Shown here: piece after piece, positions 38,660 through 48,524 of the stretch
Layout: each line of letters begins with the position of its first letter
Numbering within the stretch: the first letter of the stretch is position 1
Source: Patescibacteria group bacterium
GTDB taxonomy: Bacteria > Patescibacteriota > Patescibacteriia > 2-01-FULL-39-33
NCBI GenBank assembly: GCA_041645075.1
Contig: JBAZQS010000003.1
Location: 6,710 to 70,709 of the forward strand
DNA: 64,000 nucleotides
Reading direction: 5' to 3'
Made by a program: the position numbers and the translations under genes
Notes under the pieces: model-generated
What the model saw: the letters and a program-made list of their open reading frames with translations, nothing else
Databases searched by the model: none
Told to the model about the DNA's origin: nothing

Positions 38660-40792
38660 TTATCCTGTCCAATAAAATGCCATAATACTAAAATCCACTA
38701 AATCAACTTTGCCGTCGCCGTTAAGTCGTTCAATTTCAATCGGTTTGAATGTGGCGGAGAGCGGCCTTTTATACCAATACGCAGCAATGGAAAAATCAAT
38801 AAGATTCACCCGTTGGTCATTGTTTAAGTCGCCTTTTAAATATTTTGTTACTGGCGCAGCCGCGACATTTTTCGTGCCGACCTTAAAACCTATCATCCCG
38901 CTGAAACCGGATACGGCAATATTGCCGATAGAGGCCTTGGATTTTGCGTAGTAAGTGCCTAAAGCGACAAGACCGGAATCAAAATTATACAAATAGACGC
39001 CATTTTTGTCAGAAATTGTTTTGCCGAAAAACTCTTCTTCGGAATTTACCGAAACAACAATATCGGCCTGTGGCGCGCTTTGCCCAAAAATTGCGATATT
39101 GTCGCCGCGCTTAACTTCGCTTTTATCAACCGCAATGGTCGGGGCGATGAAAATTCCGCTGACATTGGTGGTGGCGCCGGCGGTAACACTCACGGGAAAA
39201 GTTAAAAGAGAAGAGCGGAGGCCTTTGCTATCCTCACCGTAAACGGCAAAAATATAATTACCGCCAGTTAAATTAGAAACGCTAATCTGAAAATTAGCAT
39301 CGGCGCCGGCGATTGTCGTTGCCGCCACTTGGGCGTCTTTGAGCAGAGTGACAGAACTTTTCGGATAAGCCCGGCCGCTAACATTGACTCTGGTTTCCAC
39401 GGCCGAACCTCCGCCCCCACCCCCCCCTCCTCCGGGAGGACTAACCGGCGGAGTAACAGTACCGGACTCTGCTGTAAATTGTTTCGTTGCTGCCGCCCAG
39501 TTAGTTTCAGCTAAAGCTCGCGCCTTAACTTTGAACCAATAAGTTCCCGCTGTTGGCACATTATTCAAAGTCAATGACAGGTTTATAAAGCTTCCGGCAT
39601 TTATGTATGCGGTAGCTGATCCGGAATCTACATCATCATTTCCACCACACAAATTACTTTCGCTGTTTACAATACAATAGACATAGTAGAAGTCGCTGTG
39701 TGAAGTTCCCTTGTTGTCAATTCTCACACTGGCGGTTATGGTCGGTATAACTTTATCTGTAATGTCAATTATTTGAACATCAGCCGGCGAGCTGGAAAGA
39801 TTCCAATAATCAGTTCGTTTAATCGTTTCCCCATTAACGACGACAGAAACGACTGTCTCCCAAACACCGCCGACGGCGCTACCGCCAATGCTATAGCTAT
39901 AACTGTAAGTTCCGTTTGAGTTCTTGGTCATAACGCCATTTGGCACTTGGACCGTTCCGGCAGAATCAGTAATAACCACTGTTGGCAGAGAATCAGCATC
40001 TGTTGGAATAGTCGCGTAATTTAGGACCTGCAATTTTGCTTTGTAAGCGGTGTTAACTGTGGTCTCTCCAAAGTCGGACAGTGTCACCGTCCAGCCGCTT
40101 TGAATTTTGGCAGCAAGAGTTGAAGTGGCAGTGTCAATATAAGATTGGGTGGCCAAGGAACCCGAATCAAGACCGGCACCAGTTAGAGTACGGCTAATCG
40201 ATGTCCAAACAGCTGAAGCCATGTCAGCCACTAAAGTACCAAACGAAGTGAGAGTTCGACCGCTAAATGACCAGATCGCAGAAGGAAGTGTGGCAAACAA
40301 ACTTGATGAAGCTGACGAAACAGCAGCGTTGATGTTGGCGCCAATGACCGCCGCCAGAGAAGATGTCGCTACTGTCAAACTTTCATCAACCACTCCTTTA
40401 ATTGTGCTAGTTGAGACCACTGACCAATCAACGATAAAACTTTTATCTACTATAACCAAGTCCCCCCTTGCTACCGCCCCACAAGTCATAACTGACGGCC
40501 AGACACCGGAAGGAGCATTCCCCGCCGTCGTATAATTATAGTAATGCCAGCCACTAGTACTTGCTGTCATTATTGTTGGTGGAACCTTCATCACATTAAG
40601 AGGGTCGGTTATTTCGATAGTGCAATCTGTCGTCGTCGCGACAAAATTATCATCAAAGACGAATTCGCCCAAGGTGACAGTATCGCCAGGGGCGATTTTT
40701 TGATAACTGGCATATACAAAATCAATCGCAAAAAAACTAAAAACTAAAAACAGCAAGATAAAACAGCTAAAAACTTTAAAAGAAAAATTCAT
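38660..40792 (-). CDS. Secreted multi-Ig-like protein with C-terminal dockerin-like EF-hand pair
   Basis: Signal peptide; PPGGGGGGGG linker; GDLNNDQRVNLIDFSI...LNGDGKVDLVDFSI. Confidence 0.8.
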   Translation of the reverse strand: MNFSFKVFSCFILLFLVFSFFAIDFVYASYQKIAPGDTVTLGEFVFDDNFVATTTDCTIEITDPLNVMKVPPTIMTASTSGWHYYNYTTAGNAPSGVWPSVMTCGAVARGDLVIVDKSFIVDWSVVSTSTIKGVVDESLTVATSSLAAVIGANINAAVSSASSSLFATLPSAIWSFSGRTLTSFGTLVADMASAVWTSISRTLTGAGLDSGSLATQSYIDTATSTLAAKIQSGWTVTLSDFGETTVNTAYKAKLQVLNYATIPTDADSLPTVVITDSAGTVQVPNGVMTKNSNGTYSYSYSIGGSAVGGVWETVVSVVVNGETIKRTDYWNLSSSPADVQIIDITDKVIPTITASVRIDNKGTSHSDFYYVYCIVNSESNLCGGNDDVDSGSATAYINAGSFINLSLTLNNVPTAGTYWFKVKARALAETNWAAATKQFTAESGTVTPPVSPPGGGGGGGGGSAVETRVNVSGRAYPKSSVTLLKDAQVAATTIAGADANFQISVSNLTGGNYIFAVYGEDSKGLRSSLLTFPVSVTAGATTNVSGIFIAPTIAVDKSEVKRGDNIAIFGQSAPQADIVVSVNSEEEFFGKTISDKNGVYLYNFDSGLVALGTYYAKSKASIGNIAVSGFSGMIGFKVGTKNVAAAPVTKYLKGDLNNDQRVNLIDFSIAAYWYKRPLSATFKPIEIERLNGDGKVDLVDFSIMAFYWTG

Positions 40793-40793
40793 A

Positions 40794-40828
40794 AATTAGG
40801 GACTAGGGACTAGGTTGTAGGGACTAGA
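40794..40828. repeat. Left arm of (AGGGACT)n heptamer inverted repeat flanking the four-helix-bundle gene
   Basis: AATTAGGGACTAGGGACTAGGTTGTAGGGACTAGA, mirrored at 41227-41261. Confidence 0.8.
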
Positions 40829-40847
40829 AACATTAGTAAATTAGCAA

Positions 40848-41216
40848 CTAGGGACTAGTATCATCTAGTTTTCTAGTCATTACATTTAACATTTTCATTA
40901 CTTCATTTAATAAATTATCTACTTCTTTAAAATTTATATTTTTGCCAAAATCCAATCTTTTCGCAATTTCTATTTGTGTTTCAAGTTCAGCTCCGGAACC
41001 AAAAGCGATTAATAAAAAATGTCTATAATCTTTTTTTGTTCCCCTTGTGTTTCCTTCTGATATATTGGAAGGGATAGAAACAGCGGCTCTTCTTATTTGT
41101 GATATTAATCCATATATTTCTGATTTTGGAAATAATTCTGTCAATTTATATATTGACACTACCAAATCCATTGATTTTTGCCAAACTATTAATTCTTTAA
41201 AATTTTTAACTTGCAT
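40848..41216 (-). CDS. Four helix bundle protein (23S rRNA IVP / bAvd-like family)
   Basis: FKELIVWQKS..L...FPKSE.YGL.SQIRRAAVSIPSNISEG..GSGAELETQ. Confidence 0.93.
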   Translation of the reverse strand: MQVKNFKELIVWQKSMDLVVSIYKLTELFPKSEIYGLISQIRRAAVSIPSNISEGNTRGTKKDYRHFLLIAFGSGAELETQIEIAKRLDFGKNINFKEVDNLLNEVMKMLNVMTRKLDDTSP

Positions 41217-41226
41217 ATTTTTTAAA

Positions 41227-41261
41227 TCTAGTCCCTAGTCCCTACAACCTAGTCCCTAATT
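41227..41261. repeat. Right arm of heptamer inverted repeat
   Basis: TCTAGTCCCTAGTCCCTACAACCTAGTCCCTAATT. Confidence 0.8.
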
Positions 41262-41380
41262 CATCTTTTTAACCATTTCCAGTTGTTAACAATTATACCA
41301 TATATATCATAACATTTACAGCTACCTGCACTGCAAAAAGATTTTTAAGTATGGTATAATAAAATTGAGAAAATAAAAAT

Positions 41381-42376
41381 ATGTTTTTACCAAATTCACA
41401 TTCTTTTTTGTTGGTAAAATCGGCCATTGCCAAGCCGGTTATTCAATCTGGTACTCAAGAATCTGCAATAATTTTGCCATCATCCTCACCATCAGATTAT
41501 AGGAGGAATTTGTTTTTACCAAATTCACATTCTTTTTTGTTGGTAAGATCGGCCATTGCCAAGCCGGTTATTCAATCTGGTACTCAAGAATCTGCAATAA
41601 TTTTGCCGTCATCCTCATCATCAGATTATAGGAGGAATTTGTTTTTACCAAATTCACATTCTTTTTTGTTGGTAAGATCGGCCATTGCCAAGCCGGTTAT
41701 TCAATCTGGTACTCAAGAATCTGCAATAATTTTGCCGTCATCTTTCTCGTCAGATTCCGGTAAGCCGACAATCGGCGATAAAAACAAAAGAACTTTTTTG
41801 AAAGTGGCTGGCATTGCAGGCGCCGGTCTTGTCGGTTCACTGCTTTTGCCTAAAAAGGCCTCGGCCTTGATAATGGGCAGTTCACCCACAACAGGAGTGG
41901 TCGGTGTCAAAAATTCAACCAACGCGAGAATCAACCCCGCTACAGAAGAAACGGTTAATTCACTACTTAAACCTTCAGATTTAAGTTTTGATACCGGATC
42001 TTTGAAAGTTAAGGTAACCTCTGTCTCTGGCGACGGCTCTAGTAGTTTTAGTAATTCGGGAGGCGTGGCCAAAAGCGGTCTGGTAGATGTTGACCGACAT
42101 GTTCAGGTGGACGTATTAACTTCGGGGTTACCATCATCGGCTTCAACAGAAACCACTCTGCAGACTATTTCTTTTGGTGGTTTTAAATTTACTCTTCGCC
42201 TGGCAACGGTTGGTGACATTGATTACGTGGGGGAAGCGTCAATTGGGACAGCCACTTCTGCCGCGTCATGGCGTATAAAAAAGATTGACAGTACTACTGG
42301 TATAATTATCCAATGGGCCGGTACGGGAGTTTTTGACCAAATATGGGATAATCGCGCTTCTTTAAGCTATAGTTAA
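41381..42376 (+). CDS. Putative Tat substrate with triplicated N-terminal region
   Basis: NKRTFLKVAGIAGAGLVGSLLLPKKASA (KR-type twin-arginine signal, h-region, AxA) after three 43-aa repeats. Confidence 0.7.
   Translation: MFLPNSHSFLLVKSAIAKPVIQSGTQESAIILPSSSPSDYRRNLFLPNSHSFLLVRSAIAKPVIQSGTQESAIILPSSSSSDYRRNLFLPNSHSFLLVRSAIAKPVIQSGTQESAIILPSSFSSDSGKPTIGDKNKRTFLKVAGIAGAGLVGSLLLPKKASALIMGSSPTTGVVGVKNSTNARINPATEETVNSLLKPSDLSFDTGSLKVKVTSVSGDGSSSFSNSGGVAKSGLVDVDRHVQVDVLTSGLPSSASTETTLQTISFGGFKFTLRLATVGDIDYVGEASIGTATSAASWRIKKIDSTTGIIIQWAGTGVFDQIWDNRASLSYS
41382..41756 (+). repeat. Three tandem 129-bp direct repeats (third truncated/diverged)
   Basis: Units start 41382, 41511, 41640 (TGTTTTTACCAAATTCACATTC...), nearly identical. 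Confidence 0.95.
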
Positions 42377-42528
42377 ATCAAAATGGAAAAATCAAAATGG
42401 AAAATGATAATTAAATCAAAATTAAAAAATCAAATATCAAAATGATAGTACAAAACGATAGTGCAAAGTTTAAATAGGTAGAGGAAATGTAAATGCCATT
42501 TTGATTTTTGATATTTGATTTTTACATT
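42376..42528. repeat. AAATCAAAATG / CATTTTGATTT tandem inverted-repeat element
   Basis: Related copy at 48416-48515. Confidence 0.65.
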
Positions 42529-42626
42529 AGCTAAGGTTATCCACAACACATGGCAATATATAATAATAGCAGATGGTGTATAATAATAGCAGATGGTGTA
42601 TAATATATAGAGTAAGATTAATTAAA

Positions 42627-42857
42627 ATGTTTAACAATATGGAAAAAGTAGTAAAATGCAGGGGATGTGGGCAATATTTTATGCACACAGAAAAAGCTAT
42701 AAAATGTCCATTTTGTCATACTGAATATGGTGAAGTTGAGGAAAAAGTTGAGGAAAAAAAAGGGACTGCAAAAACTCAAGTTGAGGAAAAAGCTAAGGAT
42801 AAAAAAGGGGTTGCAAAAACTCGAAAAGGATTTTTCAAAATTCGGAAAGATAATTAA
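42627..42857 (+). CDS. Small zinc-ribbon protein with Lys/Glu-rich tail
   Basis: CRGC...CPFC; follows a 20-bp tandem duplication containing TGTATAAT. Confidence 0.6.
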   Translation: MFNNMEKVVKCRGCGQYFMHTEKAIKCPFCHTEYGEVEEKVEEKKGTAKTQVEEKAKDKKGVAKTRKGFFKIRKDN

Positions 42858-42890
42858 AAAAAGAAGTTATTATTATTAATAATATAAAAT

Positions 42891-45512
42891 ATGGCAGCAG
42901 TAGTAACAACAGATTATAGTATCGCAACAAACGGAGACATCCGTTATACCGGTACGACAACCAATAACACCGTTATTGAATTCCACCGTTGGCTCGGCGA
43001 TTTGATGGACGACGCCCTCGCTACAGGCAACGACCTCTTGGATATCACGGACGCGACCGCTTCAGAGCGTTCAACCGACAACATTATCACGCTAAAAGCG
43101 CCTTTTAACATTGACAATACGGTTGCGCAACATCTTTTTGATGGTTCCATTATTCAAACTAACGGCGATGAGATTTATGATGGTATCTTAGTATTCGCAG
43201 CAGCGGGTACTCCACTCCAAATTCTTCAGAATGGAAAACCTGCATACCCCAATTTTTGGGGTACAAGTATAAACGCTGATTCGGCAAACGGTATCTCGCA
43301 TCGCTTTATGTTGAAAGTAAAAACTGCCGCAGCTGATATTGATGGACGACGTTTGGTTGGACAAACAAGAGAGACGGGCAAAACCTACAGCGAATTTAAG
43401 ATTAACGGTACAGCCAGAGGTAACAACGTTCTCGCCCTTACCTATGCTACTGACTTGAACAACGCCACAGCAGAAGCGACTATTCGCGGGTGGACTACGA
43501 TTACAAATACAGAAGGCTACCGACTCTTGGATGTGGACAATAACAGCCTCACGGAGAACTACTATTCGGAATGGAATCGCGCTGCGCTTACAATCAACCA
43601 ATTCTTTGAAAGACATAAGTGGCTTACTCGTGAATCAACAGTAGAATCTTCAAATGCTAATTCCGGCGCGAGTAATTTCCAAGTAGCAAACGCGACTATT
43701 ATCGGGCAGAGCCAATCATTCGCCAATGGTGTAAACGCTCAATACCTTACTCGTGTGCGAGTAAAGATGAGGAAGGTCGAGGGGACTCCTGGCACTGTCA
43801 CTGGAAACCTTACCGCGAAACTCTACAATCATAGTGGGGCGACTTTCGGTACCGATTCTATCCCTGGAGTTACGCTTCACGCAACATCAGAGAATTTTGA
43901 TGTGGCGACTCTCACCACGGCGTATAAAGAATATGAAATTGCGTTCGGTACAGCAGGAGCCACAGCGCATTTTTTAATGGTGGCTTCTACAAATTATTGT
44001 ATTGCGTTTGAACATGCCGCTATTAACGGTTCAAACTATGTAGAGATACAAGGAGATGGGACTGCTGGCAACCACCCGGGTAACCGCGCCCAATTAGTAG
44101 CTTCGACCTGGACACCGACCGCGGCTGATAACCTTGACTTCAAAGTATACGCGTCTCCTAAGCAGTATGGCATTCGTGGTGAAATATTCCGCGGTATCAC
44201 CCATGAAGTTGTTGCAGATACTCCTTCAGCCGCATTCTCCGCGGTTGAAGCAATTTCATGGCCTGGCGGCACAGGACAATTGCTTGCAAGTGTCTTCCCA
44301 GACACAACCGCGACAGCTCTAAGCGTGAACGCGAGCCTCCAATTCGCCCGGGCTACTGGTAGCTTCATCACCGACGGCTTCCGGCCGGGCATGACGATCG
44401 TTTCGACCGTCTTCACCACTGGCGCGAACAACACGACCAAGATTATCTCGTCTCTCACCGCGACCACGATTACCGTGACGGACACGACCGGCCTCGTCCA
44501 AGAAGCGGCGGGCACGGATGAGCGAATTCGTGCTGGGCATATCTGGATGCAACTTCTGACTGGTATAGCACCAACAGATAATCAGACCATCACTGGCGGG
44601 ACTTCATCTACGACGGCCTTGATGAATGTCACCATTACAGAACGCACGCTTTCACAGCCAGCTGTGGGTGCTTCAACCGGTACGGCAATCATCGGATCGT
44701 ATGGACTTGGTGTTGAACCCATCCCAGACCTTAGTGCTTCCGATAAGGTAACTGACTTGAGTAATACTCTTCGTGTTCCTCCGAATAATGTTACATTCAC
44801 AGTTGCTGGGCTCGTATCTGGTGAAGATAGGGTGCTTGTTGCTCCTCTCGGGTATGAGTTTGCCTATGACACCGAAGCCGTCGCCAACTTCGCTCTCGGA
44901 GACTCTCTTACCTTCGGCACTCCGACAGGCACAGGGTATCTCTCACTGCTTCGTGATGACGGCACGACAGGGCGTATGCAGATACGACTTCTTTCCGGCT
45001 CCGTTCCTACTGATAACTCAACCATTACAAATGGTACCGCGACCGCACTAGTAAACGGCTCAGTAGTAGCGAGCGAAGACCCGCGACAGCTTATCTTGAC
45101 TGCAGTAGCACTAAGTGGTGGTGCAGTGACCACCGTACCCTGCACCACAGCTATCCCTACCGATACTCCTTCAGCGGCAGGAACTACTGGTTCTATTCGA
45201 ATACGGCTCGCAAGTGGTTTATTTCGTAATATTGCTTACACCTCATATTCGGGTAACGACTTTACCATTCCAAGCACGGACTTCTCAGCAGATAACGCCC
45301 CTGCAAGCACCAGCATCTTCATCGCCTATATTGATAAAGCTATTACTGGTGGGGCTACTACGGCAACATTCACCGGCGTGTATTCGGCAGACAGAAATTT
45401 GTTTGTGCGTGTCCGCGATGGAGCGTCTACACCGATTAAGACCTTTGAAACCACAGGTACGCTCGGCTCTGCAGGTGGTTCAGCTACCGCCATCAGAACG
45501 AGTGACGCATAA
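42891..45512 (+). CDS. Large Thr/Ala/Gly-rich beta-structured protein, no signal peptide (phage structural-like)
   Basis: 873-aa ORF; composition and multi-domain beta character; function inferred only. Confidence 0.7.
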   Translation: MAAVVTTDYSIATNGDIRYTGTTTNNTVIEFHRWLGDLMDDALATGNDLLDITDATASERSTDNIITLKAPFNIDNTVAQHLFDGSIIQTNGDEIYDGILVFAAAGTPLQILQNGKPAYPNFWGTSINADSANGISHRFMLKVKTAAADIDGRRLVGQTRETGKTYSEFKINGTARGNNVLALTYATDLNNATAEATIRGWTTITNTEGYRLLDVDNNSLTENYYSEWNRAALTINQFFERHKWLTRESTVESSNANSGASNFQVANATIIGQSQSFANGVNAQYLTRVRVKMRKVEGTPGTVTGNLTAKLYNHSGATFGTDSIPGVTLHATSENFDVATLTTAYKEYEIAFGTAGATAHFLMVASTNYCIAFEHAAINGSNYVEIQGDGTAGNHPGNRAQLVASTWTPTAADNLDFKVYASPKQYGIRGEIFRGITHEVVADTPSAAFSAVEAISWPGGTGQLLASVFPDTTATALSVNASLQFARATGSFITDGFRPGMTIVSTVFTTGANNTTKIISSLTATTITVTDTTGLVQEAAGTDERIRAGHIWMQLLTGIAPTDNQTITGGTSSTTALMNVTITERTLSQPAVGASTGTAIIGSYGLGVEPIPDLSASDKVTDLSNTLRVPPNNVTFTVAGLVSGEDRVLVAPLGYEFAYDTEAVANFALGDSLTFGTPTGTGYLSLLRDDGTTGRMQIRLLSGSVPTDNSTITNGTATALVNGSVVASEDPRQLILTAVALSGGAVTTVPCTTAIPTDTPSAAGTTGSIRIRLASGLFRNIAYTSYSGNDFTIPSTDFSADNAPASTSIFIAYIDKAITGGATTATFTGVYSADRNLFVRVRDGASTPIKTFETTGTLGSAGGSATAIRTSDA

Positions 45513-45671
45513 TCCCCGTGGCATATAGCAAAATAATGAAAACCCCCGAGCTTACGCTCGGGGTGTCCAAATATAATTAGAATGCAATTGAAACTGTCGC
45601 GCTTGTTGAAATTGACAGCGTAAAAACCGTAATTATTAAAGGGGTTGAATAAGAATTATTGAATAAAAATT

Positions 45672-47492
45672 ATGGCAGTACCAGTATATACCATCCCCGA
45701 ACTCACCACGATGAATACGGGTGAGGCGACTACCAACTGGGCAGAGCCCGGAACGTGGCTGGGCGGAGGTCTACCTGTGGCTGAAACGGATTACTTCATT
45801 CAAGGAACGGGCTGTATCGATAAAACATTCAACGCCGTCGCTATCGGTGGCTTGATGTATAGCGCCGGGGCTCAAACAATTGCAAGCCCAAATGCCTACT
45901 TTGCGTGGGTGTGGTTCGGGTGTCCCAATGCCATTGATACATTAGCCAATGGCGGAATTCGATTGATGGTTGGGGACCTGAATACCGTCTTCAAAGCATG
46001 GTATGTCTTAGGTAGCAATACATATCAATATGGCGGATGGCGCTGTATTCCCGTTGATCCCAACACTACTGCGGACGCAACCATTGGTACACCCTCCGGT
46101 GTGTGGGCGTTTTTTGGGATGGCCGCAAGTGTCTTGAATGCCGTAGCCAAAGGTAACCCCTGCGCTATCGATGTCATTCGACACGGAAGAGGGACGCTTC
46201 AATCCGTAAGCGGTGAGGCAGCAAACTACGCCACCTTTGCAGGTGCGGCAGCACAAGACCAAAATGTAACCAACCGTTGGGGATTATGCCAGCTTATTGA
46301 TGGTACGGTTATCCAGCAAGGCCACTTCCTCATGGGCGTGGCCGCAACTGCTGTAGATTTCCGAGACAGTAATCGTGCAATTGTCATTGCCAACACCACG
46401 AAGGTTACCTCGACATTCAACCTGTTTGAGATTCGTAATGCCACTAGCCGAGTCGATTGGACTAGTATTTCGTTTACTGCGCTTGGCACGGTATCAAGGG
46501 GGGACTTCACAGTCACCGACAACGCTACCATCAATTGGATTGGTTGCACCTTTACCGATGTTGGATTGTTCGTTCTACAGGCGGCAACTATCGTTACGAG
46601 TTGCGTGTTCAGACGCACCGATAGAATCACATTGGCTGGCGCAACGCTCACAAGTTGTACGATTGATAATAATCGGGCCACAACGGCGGTTCTCGCGGCC
46701 ACCCCAGCAGGTGCTCAATTAGTTTCTGGCTGCACGTTCACCAGCGATGGCACGGGGCATGGGCTTGAGATCACCGGCGCGGCCGTCCCCGACATGACGC
46801 TGACAAATTGCACATGGACTAACTATACAGCAGCCAGTGGTGGCAATGAAGCAGTTTACGTGAACATCGCATCTGGCACTATGAACTTGAACATCAGTGG
46901 TGGCACCACTCCATCAGTACGAACAGCGGGGTGTAACGTAACGGTTGTCTCGGGTGCGGTAAATGTGACCATAAATGTAAAAAACTCAGCAGGAACTAAT
47001 ATTGAAAATGCACGAGTCTTTGTTAAGGCTTCGGATAATATAGGGCCATTCCCCTTTGAGGAAACTGTAACAATTAGTAACTCAGGAACTACCGCCACAG
47101 TGACACATACGGCCCATGGAATGACTACTAATGATAAGGTGGTTATTTCTGGAGCGACGTCTCCGACCTTTGATGCTAACAATGGGATATTCTCTATTAC
47201 CTATGTTTCGGATAACAGCTACACTTACGCCATGTTATCAGCACCGGGAGATGGCGCCGTGCCGGGAACTATTATAAGTACCTTTGTTGCAATAAGTGGA
47301 ACGACTAATGCAAGTGGTAATATATCAATGAGTAGGGTGTTCTTAACAAATCAGAATATCATTGGTTGGGTAAGAAAAACCTCAACTCCACCAACTTACA
47401 CTCCACCAAATTACAAAACCGGGCCGATTGGGGGTACAGTCAATTCAACTACGGGATTCACTGCCAACGTACAATTAATTTCAGACGACTAA
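45672..47492 (+). CDS. Beta-helix-like protein, no signal peptide (tailspike/adhesin-like)
   Basis: 606 aa; repeated xxCTF/xxCxF turns (IGCTF, TSCVF, TSCTI, SGCTF, TNCTW); ATVTHTAHGMTTNDKVVISGA module. Confidence 0.7.
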   Translation: MAVPVYTIPELTTMNTGEATTNWAEPGTWLGGGLPVAETDYFIQGTGCIDKTFNAVAIGGLMYSAGAQTIASPNAYFAWVWFGCPNAIDTLANGGIRLMVGDLNTVFKAWYVLGSNTYQYGGWRCIPVDPNTTADATIGTPSGVWAFFGMAASVLNAVAKGNPCAIDVIRHGRGTLQSVSGEAANYATFAGAAAQDQNVTNRWGLCQLIDGTVIQQGHFLMGVAATAVDFRDSNRAIVIANTTKVTSTFNLFEIRNATSRVDWTSISFTALGTVSRGDFTVTDNATINWIGCTFTDVGLFVLQAATIVTSCVFRRTDRITLAGATLTSCTIDNNRATTAVLAATPAGAQLVSGCTFTSDGTGHGLEITGAAVPDMTLTNCTWTNYTAASGGNEAVYVNIASGTMNLNISGGTTPSVRTAGCNVTVVSGAVNVTINVKNSAGTNIENARVFVKASDNIGPFPFEETVTISNSGTTATVTHTAHGMTTNDKVVISGATSPTFDANNGIFSITYVSDNSYTYAMLSAPGDGAVPGTIISTFVAISGTTNASGNISMSRVFLTNQNIIGWVRKTSTPPTYTPPNYKTGPIGGTVNSTTGFTANVQLISDD

Positions 47493-47510
47493 TCAATTAG
47501 AAAAAATAAT

Positions 47511-47756
47511 ATGGATGAAGTAACAGCCAAAGAAGAAGCCAAGGAAATAGCCATCGCGCAACTAAATAAAAGGAATACCGAGACCGTGGAGGTTGTTTTG
47601 CGCGTCATGCAGAAAGAAATAACCGAGTTGAAGATTGTCGTCGCCAGCTTGAATAATACCATGGGGGGATTAATTGAACGGCAGAATCAGTTGGAGCAGA
47701 AAATAAACATTCAGAAGGTCCAGCTCATGGGATTAGGCCCAAGTGTCAAAGAATAA
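47511..47756 (+). CDS. Small coiled-coil protein
   Basis: 81-aa ORF in operon, heptad pattern. Confidence 0.65.
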   Translation: MDEVTAKEEAKEIAIAQLNKRNTETVEVVLRVMQKEITELKIVVASLNNTMGGLIERQNQLEQKINIQKVQLMGLGPSVKE

Positions 47757-47767
47757 TCTGATATGCC

Positions 47768-47858
47768 CAAAAGGCTTGAAAAGCCAAAAAGGCCAAAAAT
47801 GTCCAACCCTTCTCTAGTTTTTTAAGCATTTCCGGCCTTTTAGGCCTTTTGAGCTTTT
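47768..47858. repeat. AAAAGGCC / GGCCTTTT tandem inverted-repeat element
   Basis: ~9-nt periodic arms mirrored across the intergenic space. Confidence 0.55.
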
Positions 47859-47865
47859 CATTCAT

Positions 47866-48417
47866 ATGGCAATTTCAATAAACTGGCCAACCGGAGTGAT
47901 AACCGTACCAAAGGTGGATATGACGCTTGTTCAATCTACTCCTATTGAAATTAGAGAGTTAAACATCAATACCTTCCGCCTTAGATTAAAGGACTTGGAA
48001 GATGATGCAGAGGGTCAAGTTTGGGCGACAACCCACAATCACAATACGACAGTTTCAGTTGGAGGAGTTACACTTGCGCGAGTAGTTGAAATTATTAATG
48101 GATATACGGTGACTTTTGAGAATGGTACGTATGCTGTAAACCTCGTAGGCGCAAATTCAAATATTGGGGATGTTCTAAATCTTAATACTGTATCTATCAG
48201 GGCTGCAAATTCAGCAGGGCTTATCCAGGCGATGATATGGGATGAGCCAATTGCAGGCCATCTTACAACAGGAACAACCGGCAAAGCTCTATCTGATGCA
48301 GGCGGCGCGGGTAATCCGTGGTCAAGCACTATAACTGGCAATACTACTGCCGGGACATTTGGTGAATTAGTTGGCAAGAAGCTTTTGACTATAGCTAAAT
48401 TTTTGGGACTTAAATAA
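47866..48417 (+). CDS. Hypothetical protein, no signal peptide (phage structural-like)
   Basis: 183-aa ORF; C-terminal IWDEP...GTTGKAL / PWSS...GTFGEL repeats. Confidence 0.7.
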   Translation: MAISINWPTGVITVPKVDMTLVQSTPIEIRELNINTFRLRLKDLEDDAEGQVWATTHNHNTTVSVGGVTLARVVEIINGYTVTFENGTYAVNLVGANSNIGDVLNLNTVSIRAANSAGLIQAMIWDEPIAGHLTTGTTGKALSDAGGAGNPWSSTITGNTTAGTFGELVGKKLLTIAKFLGLK

Positions 48418-48515
48418 ATCAAAATGGAAAAATCAAAATGGAAAATTTAGGGCTCAATACTTTTAATTTTACATTTTAAATTGTTATTTTGATTTTTGAT
48501 TTTTGATTTTTTAAT
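48416..48515. repeat. AAATCAAAATG / TTTTGATT tandem inverted-repeat element
   Basis: Begins TAAATCAAAATGGAAAAATCAAAATGGAAAAT exactly as near 42376. Confidence 0.65.
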
Positions 48516-48524
48516 TAGCTATAT

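Noticed and set aside
35234-42545. Replication origin from TTATCCACA DnaA boxes (near 35234 and 42537)
   Set aside because: Only isolated single boxes, with no cluster and no dnaA/dnaN nearby
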